Positions 10,157 through 20,600 of a stretch of 64,000 nucleotides of DNA are shown here, piece by piece (position 1 is the stretch's first letter; each line of letters begins with the position of its first letter). Both the position numbers and the translations under genes were made by a program. Location: the NCBI GenBank assembly GCA_028286665.1, contig JAQBRD010000012.1, forward strand, positions 841-64,840. The letters are read 5' to 3'. Source of the DNA: Candidatus Tayloriibacteriota bacterium (GTDB lineage Bacteria; Patescibacteriota; Minisyncoccia; Phycocordibacterales; PALSA-1337). The notes under the pieces were generated by a model that saw only the letters and a program-made list of their open reading frames with translations, was not told where the DNA came from and did not search any database.

Positions 10157-13100
10157 ATGAACGAGCTACCCTCAAATTTCAGGAAATCTTTCCTCATAAC
10201 GGCAATTTTGCTCGCCTTTTTTCTCGTTTCATCGAATATTTCATACGCATTTTCTTTCAATGACCTGCTGCAGCCCGCGAATAAGGGCATGCAGGTCGTC
10301 GGCAATTCCGCTCTCCAGGCGCTTTCCTTCGAGTCGATCAAATCCTTCATCCCGGATGTCATCAATAGGTTCGCCTCGAATCTTAACTGTACGGTCGATG
10401 AAGTCATCGGGCGAGACCTGACTGCGGTGTGCGCGAAAAGTCCCGCAATCCTCGCCTCTCGGAAGGTTCCTGCTTCTCATAATTTGGCTTCTGTCGATCC
10501 TGGAAAGGGCGCGCTTGCGTCCAAGGACAAGCCTGCTGCAAATCCAGCTGCTGCAGCTCCGGATCAAACAGTAGCCGCTGCGCCCGCAGTCACTCCAAGA
10601 CCTCAGACGACAACAGTCCAGACGCAGACAGTTCAGGTCGCTTCTGTTTCTTCGAATCTTTCATCGGCAGAATTCGCAGCTATCCAGCGGCAGCTTGCGG
10701 ATGTTTTCGAAAGCATCAGGCTGCAATCGCGCCAGATCACCTCGACTGTCGATCATCTCGGATCGGCGTCGAGCGGCGGCGGTGGCAGCGTGAACTCGGA
10801 CCAGATCAATGGCTCGATCTCAGGCCTCTCATCACGGATATCTTCATTGGCTGCAAGCTCTACTGACGCGGGCAACATCACCGCTGGCATACTCTCAATT
10901 CCGTATGGAGGCACGGGGACATCGACCGCTCCGGCATTCGGCCAGCTTCTCCTTGGAAATGCGAATGGCGGATACGATCTTGTTTCGACATCATCCCTCG
11001 GAATCGTAGGCGCCGGTTCGGTCGGAACAAGCACGATCAATTTCGGCACGACAGGTCAGCTCGCATATTATGCTTCAGACGGCACAGCCGTTTCAGGAAT
11101 CTCGACTTCGTCGCTCGGCCTCACTACTTCGAACATTGCCGAAGGATCGAACCTCTACTTCACCGCCCTCCGCGCCTCCACCACCGCCGGCCAGGTCGTC
11201 GCCGCCGCGACCTCGACCGTCCGCAATTTCATCTCGTCCTCGGCTTCAGGCCTTACGTACGCACCGAGCACGGGAATATTCTCGCTGACTTCCGGCTTCA
11301 ATATCCCGCTGTCGGCTTCGAGCACCGAATGGGCTTCCTTCTTCAATGCGCCCTCGTCGCGGATCACGGCAGGCAATCTCCTCTCGTGGACGGGGAACAC
11401 GCTCAATGTCTCGACCTCGTCGCTCGGCCTCACTACTTCGAACATCGCCGAAGGGTCGAACCTCTACTATACCGATGCCCGCGCCTCGACGACCGCGATC
11501 AATGTTCTCGCAGCCACGACCTCGCTGCCGAATATCGCTACATTGGCGGGGCTGACGTCGGCTCCCTCGCTCGCGCTCTCCGCTTCGAACATCACGTCCG
11601 GCGTCCTCGCGGTCGCCCGCGGCGGCACCGGCACGACGACTGCGCCGACGCTCGGGCAGATACTCCTCGGAAACTCGGCAGGCGGATACAATCTCGTCGG
11701 GACCTCGACGCTCGGGTTCCTCACTACGGATGTGAGCGAGGGATCGAATCTCTACTACACCGACGTTCGCGCAGATGCCCGCATCGCCGCCGCGACCTCG
11801 ACCGTCCGCAATTTCATCTCGTCCTCGGCTTCAGGCCTTACGTACGCACCGAGCACGGGAATATTTTCACTGACTTCCGGCTTCAATATCCCGCTGTCGG
11901 CTTCGACAACTGACTGGAATATTGCATTCGTCAACAGGATCACCGGCGTGAACGGCCCTCTCTCGCTCCTTTCGAATGCGCTCTCGATCACTCGGGCCTC
12001 AAGCACTGCAGACGGATATCTCGCTTCGACCGACTTTGCGGCATTCACTGCGAAGGAATCTGCGATCGCCGCTTCTACTACAAGTTCATATTTCAGGGGA
12101 GACAAGACATTCCAAGCACTCGATACGTCAGCCGTTGCTGAAAATGGAAACCTCTACTTCACCGCCCTCCGCGCCTCCACCACCGCCGGCCAGGTCGTCG
12201 CCGCCGCGACCTCGACCGTCCGCAATTTCATCTCGTCCTCGGCTTCCGGACTGACGTATGCTCCGAGCACCGGCATCTTTTCACTGACTTCCGGCTTCGC
12301 CATTCCGCTCACTGCGTCGACGTCTGACTGGGCTTCTTTCTTCAACACTCCTTCATCGAGAATCACTGCAGGTGGCGCCCTCGCATGGACGGGGAACACG
12401 CTTAGCGTCGCGACATCGTCGCTTGGATTGACGACGACGAACGTCGCTGAAGGGAATAATCTGTACTATACGACAGCCCGTGCCTCGACCACCGCGATCC
12501 AGGTGCTTGCCGCTACGACATCTCTTCCGAACATAACGACACTATCAGGAATCACTTCATTCGGAACCGCAAATATTACGACGACTGCTGCCGGCAGCTT
12601 CGCAGCAGGCACTACGACCGTGTCAGGTCGCCTCAGCGTCGGCACTACTCCACCGGCAGCGACGCTCGGCGTGAAGGGAACTGCAGGCACGAGCCCGTTC
12701 GTTGTCGCTTCATCGACCGGTTCACAGCTGCTCACGCTGCTCCAGAGTGGAAATCTCGGTGTAGGCACTACAAATCCTCTCTACAAATTTGATATCACCC
12801 AATCAGGTTCGGCCAGCGGTTTCCATCTCGGCGGAGATTCGACAGATAAAGGATTGTATATAACGAACGTGCCCGGAACGAATGATACATATTTCGGAAA
12901 TGTTGCTTTCAATTCAAGCGGTCAATGGGTCTTAAAATCTACATACGGATCATTTACCGGGTTTGATTCCTCAGGCACATCTTTTTATAGCGACAGTGGC
13001 TTAACTACCGGCGCTGCATATACTCCGACCCGTCGAATGCTCATTACTCCTACGGGGAACGTAGGAATCGGAACCACCCCTTCGACTGCGAAGCTCGAAG

Positions 13101-16100
13101 TGGCAGGAGAGACTCTCGGCCAATACTTCACAGCCAATACGCAGACGGAATCTACGCTCCCTCGGCTTGTAAGCACAAACGCAACTTCTACCACGCTCGC
13201 AGCACTGACCTCGGTTGATATCGGAAGCGGGAATCTGATGCTTGCTGCCGGCGAGATTGGATTGACTAATACCTTGAATATCTGGGATCCTATCAACGGT
13301 GCAAATTCATCATTCATAGGATATGGTGGACAAAATGACGCGTCATATAATCATGAATTCTTCGGGACTATTCATGCGAACAGTGACCTATTTGTGAGCG
13401 GCACTTTGGCAAGCGATAACTGGAGCATTGATACCAACGGAAATTTCAACGGAACAGCGTCTAATGCTGGTTACGCGTATGGTGCAGGCTATGCATTTAA
13501 CGCAGGTTCAGATTTCAATAGTTTTTTTCATGCTAATGGATACCTAGGAGGCACCAACCTCTATGATGATGGCACCGCGTCTTTCGGAGGCGCTGTGAGC
13601 GGAGGTTCTTTTGCAGGCAATGGCTTCATTGGCTACAATTTCGGCAATAGCAATATCATGAATTCGGACGCTCCGAATGCGGCAACGGGGTACGTCACGC
13701 TTACTGGGGTACCTTCCGATGGTGACATGGTCACCATCTCAGACGGAATCGTTACATATAATTTCGAATTCGATAATGACAGCAATCTCCAGAATGGAGG
13801 AGATTATGGAGTGACGATCGGCGGCGGCACGACTGCGACAGCATACGCATTGTATGCGTCTGTGGGTAGTTCCGGGATGAATATGTCATATAGCATCGAC
13901 GATACGATCGATACGGTTTATTTCACTAATAGTTCATATGGCATAGCTGGAAATGTCACTATTACCAGCACGGCGGCGGATATTACCCTATCGGGCATGT
14001 CGGGCGGGTATGATGGCGGAGGCTATACCGGAAGCTATGCGTTCGGAAGCGGAAATACCATTCTTGCCAGCGGCGCGCACATTTTGGGAAGCAGCATAAC
14101 GAATAATATCGCAGATTCTGTCCAGATCGGCCCAAACAATGCGTCAAAAATAACCATCAACTCGAGCGGGAATGTCGGTATCGGCACGACTACCCCTTCG
14201 AATCGACTTTCAATCGGTTCTCGTAACCCAACGGATTCGACTGACAGGAAGGCTATCGAGCTGAATGCCGGAGGTTACGGAGCTCCCGGCGCATACGGCT
14301 CGAATTCAAACGGAGACAAGATCATTCTCTATAGGGATGCTGCCGCGAACTATGACTCGACGATCGGCGTCGGCGCTGCGGGGGACACCTGGTTCAAATC
14401 TTTCGGTCCTTCTACGACAGGGCAATTCGGCTGGTATACCGGCGGCAGCAGCACAGCGAGGATGGTTCTGGATCCTTTGGGAAATCTCGGCGTCGGCACG
14501 ACTACTCCTGGGTCGAAGCTTTCAGTCGGCGGCGACATCAATTTCACCGGCGATATATACAGGAACGGCGTGCTGTATTCTCAGACGCTTGCAACAAGCC
14601 AGTGGACGACTTCCGGGTCGAATATTTATTACAATACAGGGAGTATAGGAATCGGCACCGCAGCGCCTGATTCGCAATTCCATGTCTCAGGAAGCTCTAC
14701 CGGAGCGACGATTGTTCAGGGGAAGTTTGAGAATGTGAATGATTTCGGCAGAAGCCAATTCATCGTCACAAGCGGAACTTATCCGAACAATTTCTTTGCT
14801 CTGATGACCCATGGCAGTTCCTTCGCGAGCGACAACTATCTGAATGACGGAACTTCGGACGCGGGACTAGGATTGCTCCTCGGTCAGGGCACGCAGATGA
14901 CTAAATTCGCAGTCGGCACATATGATGCGAAGCCGCTGGCATTATTTACGAGCAACACGGAACGATTGAGTATCACATCGAGCGGCACTGTCGGCATCGG
15001 CACCACCACTCCCGCGGCAAAGCTCGCGGTCTCCGGAACCGCAGGCGTCACCACCGACATCTTCTCGGTGGCATCGTCGACGAACGCCAAATTCTTCACG
15101 GTCACTGCTGCAGGCAATGTCGGCGTCGGGTCATCGACTCCTTCCGCTAAGTTCGCCATCACCGGCACCGCGGGAACAGCAGACATATTCGCAGTAGCTT
15201 CGTCTACCGACGCGCGTCTTTTTACGATCACGAGTGACGGAAAGGTGGGAATCGGCACCACCACGCCGTCGGCTCGTCTCGGCCTTTACGGTATCGCTGG
15301 CACGTCGGATATCTTTGCAATCTCGTCCTCGTCGAATTCTCGACTCCTTACATTCACTTCTGCAGGAGAACTCGGCGTAGGAACTTCGACTCCTTCAGCG
15401 AAGCTCGCGGTCTCCGGAACCGCAGGCGTCACCACCGACATCTTCTCGGTGGCATCGTCGACGAACGCCAAATTCTTCACGGTCACTGCTGCAGGCAATG
15501 TCGGCGTCGGGTCATCGACTCCGATCGGCACTCTTTCAGTGAAAGGATCTGCTGCGCTCGATCCGTTTATCGTCGCATCCTCTACTGATAGCAGGCTCCT
15601 CACGCTTAATGCGCTCGGCAACCTCGGACTCGGGACCACCACCCCTTCAGCGAAGCTCGCAGTCTCCGGAACCGCAGGCGTCACCTCCGACATCTTCTCG
15701 GTCGCTTCATCGACGGACGCGAAGCTATTCACGGTGAAGAGCACCGGCTTCGTGGGCATCGGAACAGCCGTTCCTACTTCTGCGCTTACATTCGCTGACG
15801 CAAGCACGATCGATTCGATCGGAAGCTTGACGATCAAGTCGACGACGACGAATGCCCTCACGCTCGATTCCGGAACGACCGGAGCGATCGGCATCGGTAC
15901 GAGTGCAAACGCCAAGACGATAACTCTTGGAAACGGCACTGGCGCGACATCGCTCGTCCTCAACGCAGGAACGGGCAACATCGATATCGGCGTCAATGAC
16001 TTCGCTCGCAATATCAATATCGGCACCGGAGGTACCGCTGTTCAGACTATAGCAATAGGTGGTGCCGCAGCCAACGTCATCACGATCGGAACGACGCAGA

Positions 16101-17611
16101 CCGCAGGCTCCATCTCCCTCGGCGACGCGATGACCGGCGGCACGATCAACATCGGCGGCACCGGCCTCCAGACCGGAACGATCGGCCTCGGCACGGGCAC
16201 GGGCGCGCAGACCATCAGCCTCGGCACGGGCACGGGACTCAAGACGCTTTCGATCGGAGGAACGGGCGCGAACGTGATCGCCATCGGCAACACGCAGACC
16301 GGCGGATCGATCGCGATGGGCGCGGCCATGACCGGAGGCACGATCACCATCGGAGGCACCGGCCTCCAGACCGGAACGATCGCAATCGGCACCGGAACCG
16401 GCGCGCAGACCATCAACCTCGGAACCGGAGGCACGGGAGCGAAGACCATCGCGATCGGAACGGCTGCTGTCGCAAACACCATTACTATCGGTAACTCGAC
16501 AGGCGCTACTTCGATTGCCCTGACTGCAGGAACCGGCGGAATCTCACTCACAGGCAATACCGGCGTCGGCACGACAACTCCGGTAGCTAAGCTCGATATT
16601 TATGGAACTGCAGGTGCTGCCGACATTTTCGCAGTCTCATCTTCGACGAACTCGCGACTCATCACTGTTACCGCGGCAGGCCGCATGGGCATCGGCACAT
16701 CGACGCCCCTGTATCCTTTCCATGTGCAGACAACAGTTGCCGGCGGCGTGGCAGGCTTCACTGATGCTGATGGTACATGTACCGTCGACCCGACCTCGAC
16801 ATCCCTCGTCTGCTCCTCTGACCGACGCCTCAAGAAGGATATTGTTTCTATAAATAGCATCACGGCGCTCGACAAGATCAATCAGCTCCAGGGAGTCAAT
16901 TTCCGATGGAATAATCAGACGAGCGATACGCTCCGATACGGCTTCATCGCGCAGGACCTTGAACAGATATTCCCAGAGCTCGTTCAGACCGATATCAACG
17001 GCTTCAAGAGCGTCGCATACACCGCGCTCACTCCGGTCCTCGCAGAAGCGATCAAGCAGCTCGACGTGAAGGTCAATGATCTCAATGCCCGAGTAAGCAC
17101 TTCGACATTGAAATCAATGATTCTCGATATGGGTGATTGGGTGGTGACGAAGATCACTGCGCCGTTCGCTTCATTCAAGCATGTCGAAACCGAAACAGCT
17201 TCAGTTTCAAATGGACTTGAGATGAAGGATTCGGCGAGCGGACAAGTATGGTGCGTGCGGATTACGAATGGAGAATGGGCAAAGGTTCCTGGCAAGTGTT
17301 CGGATGCGGCTCCGGCAGTTTCGACAACTCAGCCTTCAGTAACGCCGGCATCTCCCGCACCAGCAGCAACTACGACGCCGCCAGTTGCGCCGGCTCCAGC
17401 TGCTTCTGCAAGCTCGACCGAAGCTGTGCCTGCTACGACTACTCCGGCAACTGCAGATACGACAGTCGCCGCATCTTCGACAGCGCCTTCGGCGATGTCT
17501 GCAGCCGATGCGACCTCGACTCCGGTTTCTGCCGCAACTCAGCCTGAACCGACACCCGCGCCTGACTTGCCGGCTGTTCCTGCGCAGGGAAGCACCGAAG
17601 CTTCTCAATAA
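10157..17611 (+). CDS. Giant secreted tail-fibre-like repeat protein with C-terminal peptidase S74 (intramolecular chaperone autoprocessing) domain
   Basis: Signal peptide. Multiple about 60-aa and about 40-aa repeat families, then a Gly-rich GTGxxTIxIGT block. Near the C-terminus, the motif SDRRLKKDIVSI...ALDKINQLQGVNFRWN...GFIAQDLEQIFPELV...GFKSVAYTALTPVLAEAIKQL is diagnostic of the S74 chaperone-of-endosialidase domain. A two-Cys mini-domain and a Pro/Thr/Ala-rich tail follow. Start set at ATG 10157, which sits 8 nt after TGCTAAACT; the ORF-track start 10139 is a GTG inside the -10 box. Confidence 0.8.
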   Translation: MNELPSNFRKSFLITAILLAFFLVSSNISYAFSFNDLLQPANKGMQVVGNSALQALSFESIKSFIPDVINRFASNLNCTVDEVIGRDLTAVCAKSPAILASRKVPASHNLASVDPGKGALASKDKPAANPAAAAPDQTVAAAPAVTPRPQTTTVQTQTVQVASVSSNLSSAEFAAIQRQLADVFESIRLQSRQITSTVDHLGSASSGGGGSVNSDQINGSISGLSSRISSLAASSTDAGNITAGILSIPYGGTGTSTAPAFGQLLLGNANGGYDLVSTSSLGIVGAGSVGTSTINFGTTGQLAYYASDGTAVSGISTSSLGLTTSNIAEGSNLYFTALRASTTAGQVVAAATSTVRNFISSSASGLTYAPSTGIFSLTSGFNIPLSASSTEWASFFNAPSSRITAGNLLSWTGNTLNVSTSSLGLTTSNIAEGSNLYYTDARASTTAINVLAATTSLPNIATLAGLTSAPSLALSASNITSGVLAVARGGTGTTTAPTLGQILLGNSAGGYNLVGTSTLGFLTTDVSEGSNLYYTDVRADARIAAATSTVRNFISSSASGLTYAPSTGIFSLTSGFNIPLSASTTDWNIAFVNRITGVNGPLSLLSNALSITRASSTADGYLASTDFAAFTAKESAIAASTTSSYFRGDKTFQALDTSAVAENGNLYFTALRASTTAGQVVAAATSTVRNFISSSASGLTYAPSTGIFSLTSGFAIPLTASTSDWASFFNTPSSRITAGGALAWTGNTLSVATSSLGLTTTNVAEGNNLYYTTARASTTAIQVLAATTSLPNITTLSGITSFGTANITTTAAGSFAAGTTTVSGRLSVGTTPPAATLGVKGTAGTSPFVVASSTGSQLLTLLQSGNLGVGTTNPLYKFDITQSGSASGFHLGGDSTDKGLYITNVPGTNDTYFGNVAFNSSGQWVLKSTYGSFTGFDSSGTSFYSDSGLTTGAAYTPTRRMLITPTGNVGIGTTPSTAKLEVAGETLGQYFTANTQTESTLPRLVSTNATSTTLAALTSVDIGSGNLMLAAGEIGLTNTLNIWDPINGANSSFIGYGGQNDASYNHEFFGTIHANSDLFVSGTLASDNWSIDTNGNFNGTASNAGYAYGAGYAFNAGSDFNSFFHANGYLGGTNLYDDGTASFGGAVSGGSFAGNGFIGYNFGNSNIMNSDAPNAATGYVTLTGVPSDGDMVTISDGIVTYNFEFDNDSNLQNGGDYGVTIGGGTTATAYALYASVGSSGMNMSYSIDDTIDTVYFTNSSYGIAGNVTITSTAADITLSGMSGGYDGGGYTGSYAFGSGNTILASGAHILGSSITNNIADSVQIGPNNASKITINSSGNVGIGTTTPSNRLSIGSRNPTDSTDRKAIELNAGGYGAPGAYGSNSNGDKIILYRDAAANYDSTIGVGAAGDTWFKSFGPSTTGQFGWYTGGSSTARMVLDPLGNLGVGTTTPGSKLSVGGDINFTGDIYRNGVLYSQTLATSQWTTSGSNIYYNTGSIGIGTAAPDSQFHVSGSSTGATIVQGKFENVNDFGRSQFIVTSGTYPNNFFALMTHGSSFASDNYLNDGTSDAGLGLLLGQGTQMTKFAVGTYDAKPLALFTSNTERLSITSSGTVGIGTTTPAAKLAVSGTAGVTTDIFSVASSTNAKFFTVTAAGNVGVGSSTPSAKFAITGTAGTADIFAVASSTDARLFTITSDGKVGIGTTTPSARLGLYGIAGTSDIFAISSSSNSRLLTFTSAGELGVGTSTPSAKLAVSGTAGVTTDIFSVASSTNAKFFTVTAAGNVGVGSSTPIGTLSVKGSAALDPFIVASSTDSRLLTLNALGNLGLGTTTPSAKLAVSGTAGVTSDIFSVASSTDAKLFTVKSTGFVGIGTAVPTSALTFADASTIDSIGSLTIKSTTTNALTLDSGTTGAIGIGTSANAKTITLGNGTGATSLVLNAGTGNIDIGVNDFARNINIGTGGTAVQTIAIGGAAANVITIGTTQTAGSISLGDAMTGGTINIGGTGLQTGTIGLGTGTGAQTISLGTGTGLKTLSIGGTGANVIAIGNTQTGGSIAMGAAMTGGTITIGGTGLQTGTIAIGTGTGAQTINLGTGGTGAKTIAIGTAAVANTITIGNSTGATSIALTAGTGGISLTGNTGVGTTTPVAKLDIYGTAGAADIFAVSSSTNSRLITVTAAGRMGIGTSTPLYPFHVQTTVAGGVAGFTDADGTCTVDPTSTSLVCSSDRRLKKDIVSINSITALDKINQLQGVNFRWNNQTSDTLRYGFIAQDLEQIFPELVQTDINGFKSVAYTALTPVLAEAIKQLDVKVNDLNARVSTSTLKSMILDMGDWVVTKITAPFASFKHVETETASVSNGLEMKDSASGQVWCVRITNGEWAKVPGKCSDAAPAVSTTQPSVTPASPAPAATTTPPVAPAPAASASSTEAVPATTTPATADTTVAASSTAPSAMSAADATSTPVSAATQPEPTPAPDLPAVPAQGSTEASQ
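11108..12310 (+). repeat. Intragenic near-identical direct repeats (about 150-180 bp units, at least three copies)
   Basis: DNA-level identical blocks (aacctctacttcaccgccctccgcgcctccaccaccgcc...cgcaatttcatctcgtcctcggcttc) near 11150, 11780 and 12141. The shorter SSLGLTTSNIAEGSNLY unit also repeats at 11108 and 11411. Confidence 0.8.
15020..15522 (+). repeat. Intragenic 122-bp perfect direct repeat (15020-15141 and 15401-15522)
   Basis: Identical sequence aagctcgcggtctccggaaccgcaggcgtcaccaccgacatcttctcggtggcatcgtcgacgaacgccaaattcttcacggtcactgctgcaggcaatgtcggcgtcgggtcatcgactcc at both sites. Confidence 0.85.
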
Positions 17612-17679
17612 TAGAAGTATTTCAACAACTGAGGATAAGTCAGCATTTCCATATTTCAATCATGGTATAATTACGTCGA

Positions 17680-20600
17680 ATGAAGCAGCGACTACCAAAT
17701 CAACGATGGTTATTTGCGCTAATAGCTTTTGCGATCGCGCTTTTTTCTATTTCTCCGAAAATTTCCCAGGCGTATTTCTCAGACATCTTCAAGGAAGGAG
17801 CTTCTGTCGTCATGTCCAGCACTTTGAATGGGATGAATGCTGTCGGAAAATCGACGATCCAGGCATTCTCATTCGAATCGATCAGGTCCTTCATTCCGAA
17901 CTTCATCAATTCAGCCGCATCAGGAATGAATTGCGGCGTAAATAAAATCGTCGGCGCTCCTCTTCCTGTTGTCTGCATGAAAAATCCGGCATCCGTCCTC
18001 GCAGCCGCATCAGCAGACGCATTTGTGCCTGTGCCTATGCCTGCGCACGCGTACGTTGCGGCTGTTCCGGCACCAGCATCAATATCAAAACCGTCTTCGG
18101 CATTATCGTCAGCCTCGATACCGACGCGACTCCCGCCTCCGTCTGCGCCGCAGGTCTCGACTCAGACGCAGCTTACTTCAGCAGAGTACGATGCTATTCA
18201 GCAGCAGCTTGCGAATATCGCCTTGGGCACCAGGAGTCAGCTTATCCGGCAGACGGACTCCACAGTCGATCATGTCGGCCAGTCCATGTCGAATCTCGCG
18301 ACGTCGGTCGCGTCTGCAGCGGCGAATGCATCGAACGCTGGCAATATCACTTCAGGCGTTCTGTCGGTCGCGCACGGAGGCACCGGAGCGACGTCAACTC
18401 CGACGTTCGGACAGGTCCTTCTCGGCAATGCAAGCGGCGGATATGATCTCGTATCGACATCGTCGCTCGGGATCACGAGCGGCGCCAGTTCGCAATGGAC
18501 CACATCAGGTTCCAATATCAGCTTCATTGCTGGCAATGTGGGCATCGGCTCATCGACGCCGATCGCGACGCTTTCAGTGAAGGGAACTGCAGGCACGAAC
18601 CCTTTCGTCGTCGCTTCGTCGACTGACGTGCAGCTCCTTACGCTCCTCCAGAATGGAAGCTTCGGCATCGGCACAAGTTCACCGGTATCGACCCTGTCCG
18701 TTGCGGGAAGCGGAACATTCACCGGAGGCGCAAGCTTCGGCGGCAGCGTCGGCATCGGCACGTCTACGCCGATCGCGACGCTTTCAGTGAAGGGAACTGC
18801 AGGCACGAACCCCTTCGTCGTCGCTTCGTCGACCGGCGCGCAGCTCCTTACGCTCCTCCAGAATGGAAGCTTCGGAATCGGAACTGCAGCTCCGAATGCA
18901 AACGCGATCCTCGACGTATTCCAGGGAGCGAGCACGACGCGCATCAGCAGAACGACGACGCAGTATATACAGTTCACCACGGACGGAGTGGTCAATGAAG
19001 TGAGGGGCGTGAGCGTTTCAGGAGGCGCGAAGCCTTTCCGAATCGCGAGCGATTCGAATAGCAGCGGCCTCCGCCTCTTCACCGGCACGACGGATAAAGT
19101 GTTCATCGACAACAACGGCTTGGTCGGCATCGGCTCGACGACGCCTTCTGCGCTGCTCACGCTGCTCGGATCAAATGCTGCGACAACGACGCTTTCGATC
19201 AGGCCTGCAGCATCGCAGACTGCGAGCCTCGTCAATTTCTATGATACTACTGGAGCGATCTCATCGGTCATCGCCGCTGGCGGAAACTTCGGCATCGGCA
19301 CGACGACTCCGGGATCCAAGCTTGTGGTGAACGGAGACATCAATCTCACCGGCAATATTTATCAGAACGGCGTCCTTTTCACGGGCGGCGGTGGAAGCTC
19401 GCAATGGACGTCTTCGAGCACTGATATTTATTACAATACCGGCAACGTCGGCATCGGCACCAATTCCCCGATATACAAGCTAGACATAGCCGGAACCGCT
19501 CATGTCTCAAGCGACCTCACTGTCGGCGGAATCTTCACGACGACCGCATTCACCGCAAATGGAACAGCCACATCCTTCAATGATGCGATAACTATAAATC
19601 AGTCTACAAGCTCGACGCGATTTGTCCGTCCTGGAACTCCTGTGTTGCAAGCTATCGACATCACGACTGACAGCAATTCGAATAGGATAAAAGCATTCGC
19701 TGGACCCGGCACGAACAAGCAATTCCGAATCGAAGCCGATATCGGAATGACTGGACTTTCGCTGAGAACAGGAGGTTCTGAACGAGTCCTCATCGGCCCG
19801 AGCGGAGACGTATCCGTCGGAACGGCATCGACGAGCGCAAGGTTCACTCTCATGGCGTCCTCATCTCCGACGTATGCGATATTCGATGTGACTGACACAT
19901 CGCGCAATTCTTTTTTCAAAGTCTTCGGCAACGGCTTTGTCGGCATCGGCACGACGACCCCTTCGGCAAGATTCGCGCTCGACGGATTCAGCGGCGCGGA
20001 TAATGCTAACGCATCGCAAGCACTCGCGATCTATGGTGGTAAGGGGGGTCTGAACAACAACGCGACTCCGGGCGGATTCAGCGGAGGAGGCATAGATCTT
20101 TTTGCCGGTCCGGGCGGAGATTCGAGCGGAGGCGGCGTCGACGGCGGCAGCGGAGGTGTCGTCAATATATTCGGCGGAGCAGGCGCATCGAACGGCGATG
20201 GTACCGAAAACGCAGGACTCGGAGGCGCAGTCAACATCGGCGCGGGCAACGGAGCTGCTTCTCTGGGCGGCGGCTTAGGAGGGGCGCTTACGCTCGCATC
20301 AGGAAATGGCGGCAATGATACTGCGAGTGGATTCGGTCAGCCTGGCGATGGCGGCCTCCTGAGCGTCATTGCAGGTTTTGGCGGATCAAGCAACGATAAT
20401 TCCGTGAATGGCGCGAATGGAGGAAATGTCATCATCAGCGGCGGAGCACCCGGGGCTGGTCTTGTCGCAGGCTCGTATGGAAATATCATCATGAATCAGA
20501 ACGGAGGAAAGGTCGGCATCGGCACCTCTACGCCTCTGTACAGACTTCATATCCAGCGATCCGGAGACGGACCGGTCGCAGGCTTCACCGATGCCAACGG

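Noticed and set aside
15900-16560. Highly periodic Gly-rich DNA (GTGxxTIxIGT repeats) that superficially resembles a repeat array.
   Set aside because: The repeats are in-frame, imperfect at the DNA level and lack spacer/repeat alternation. They are protein-coding fibre repeats, not CRISPR or a satellite.
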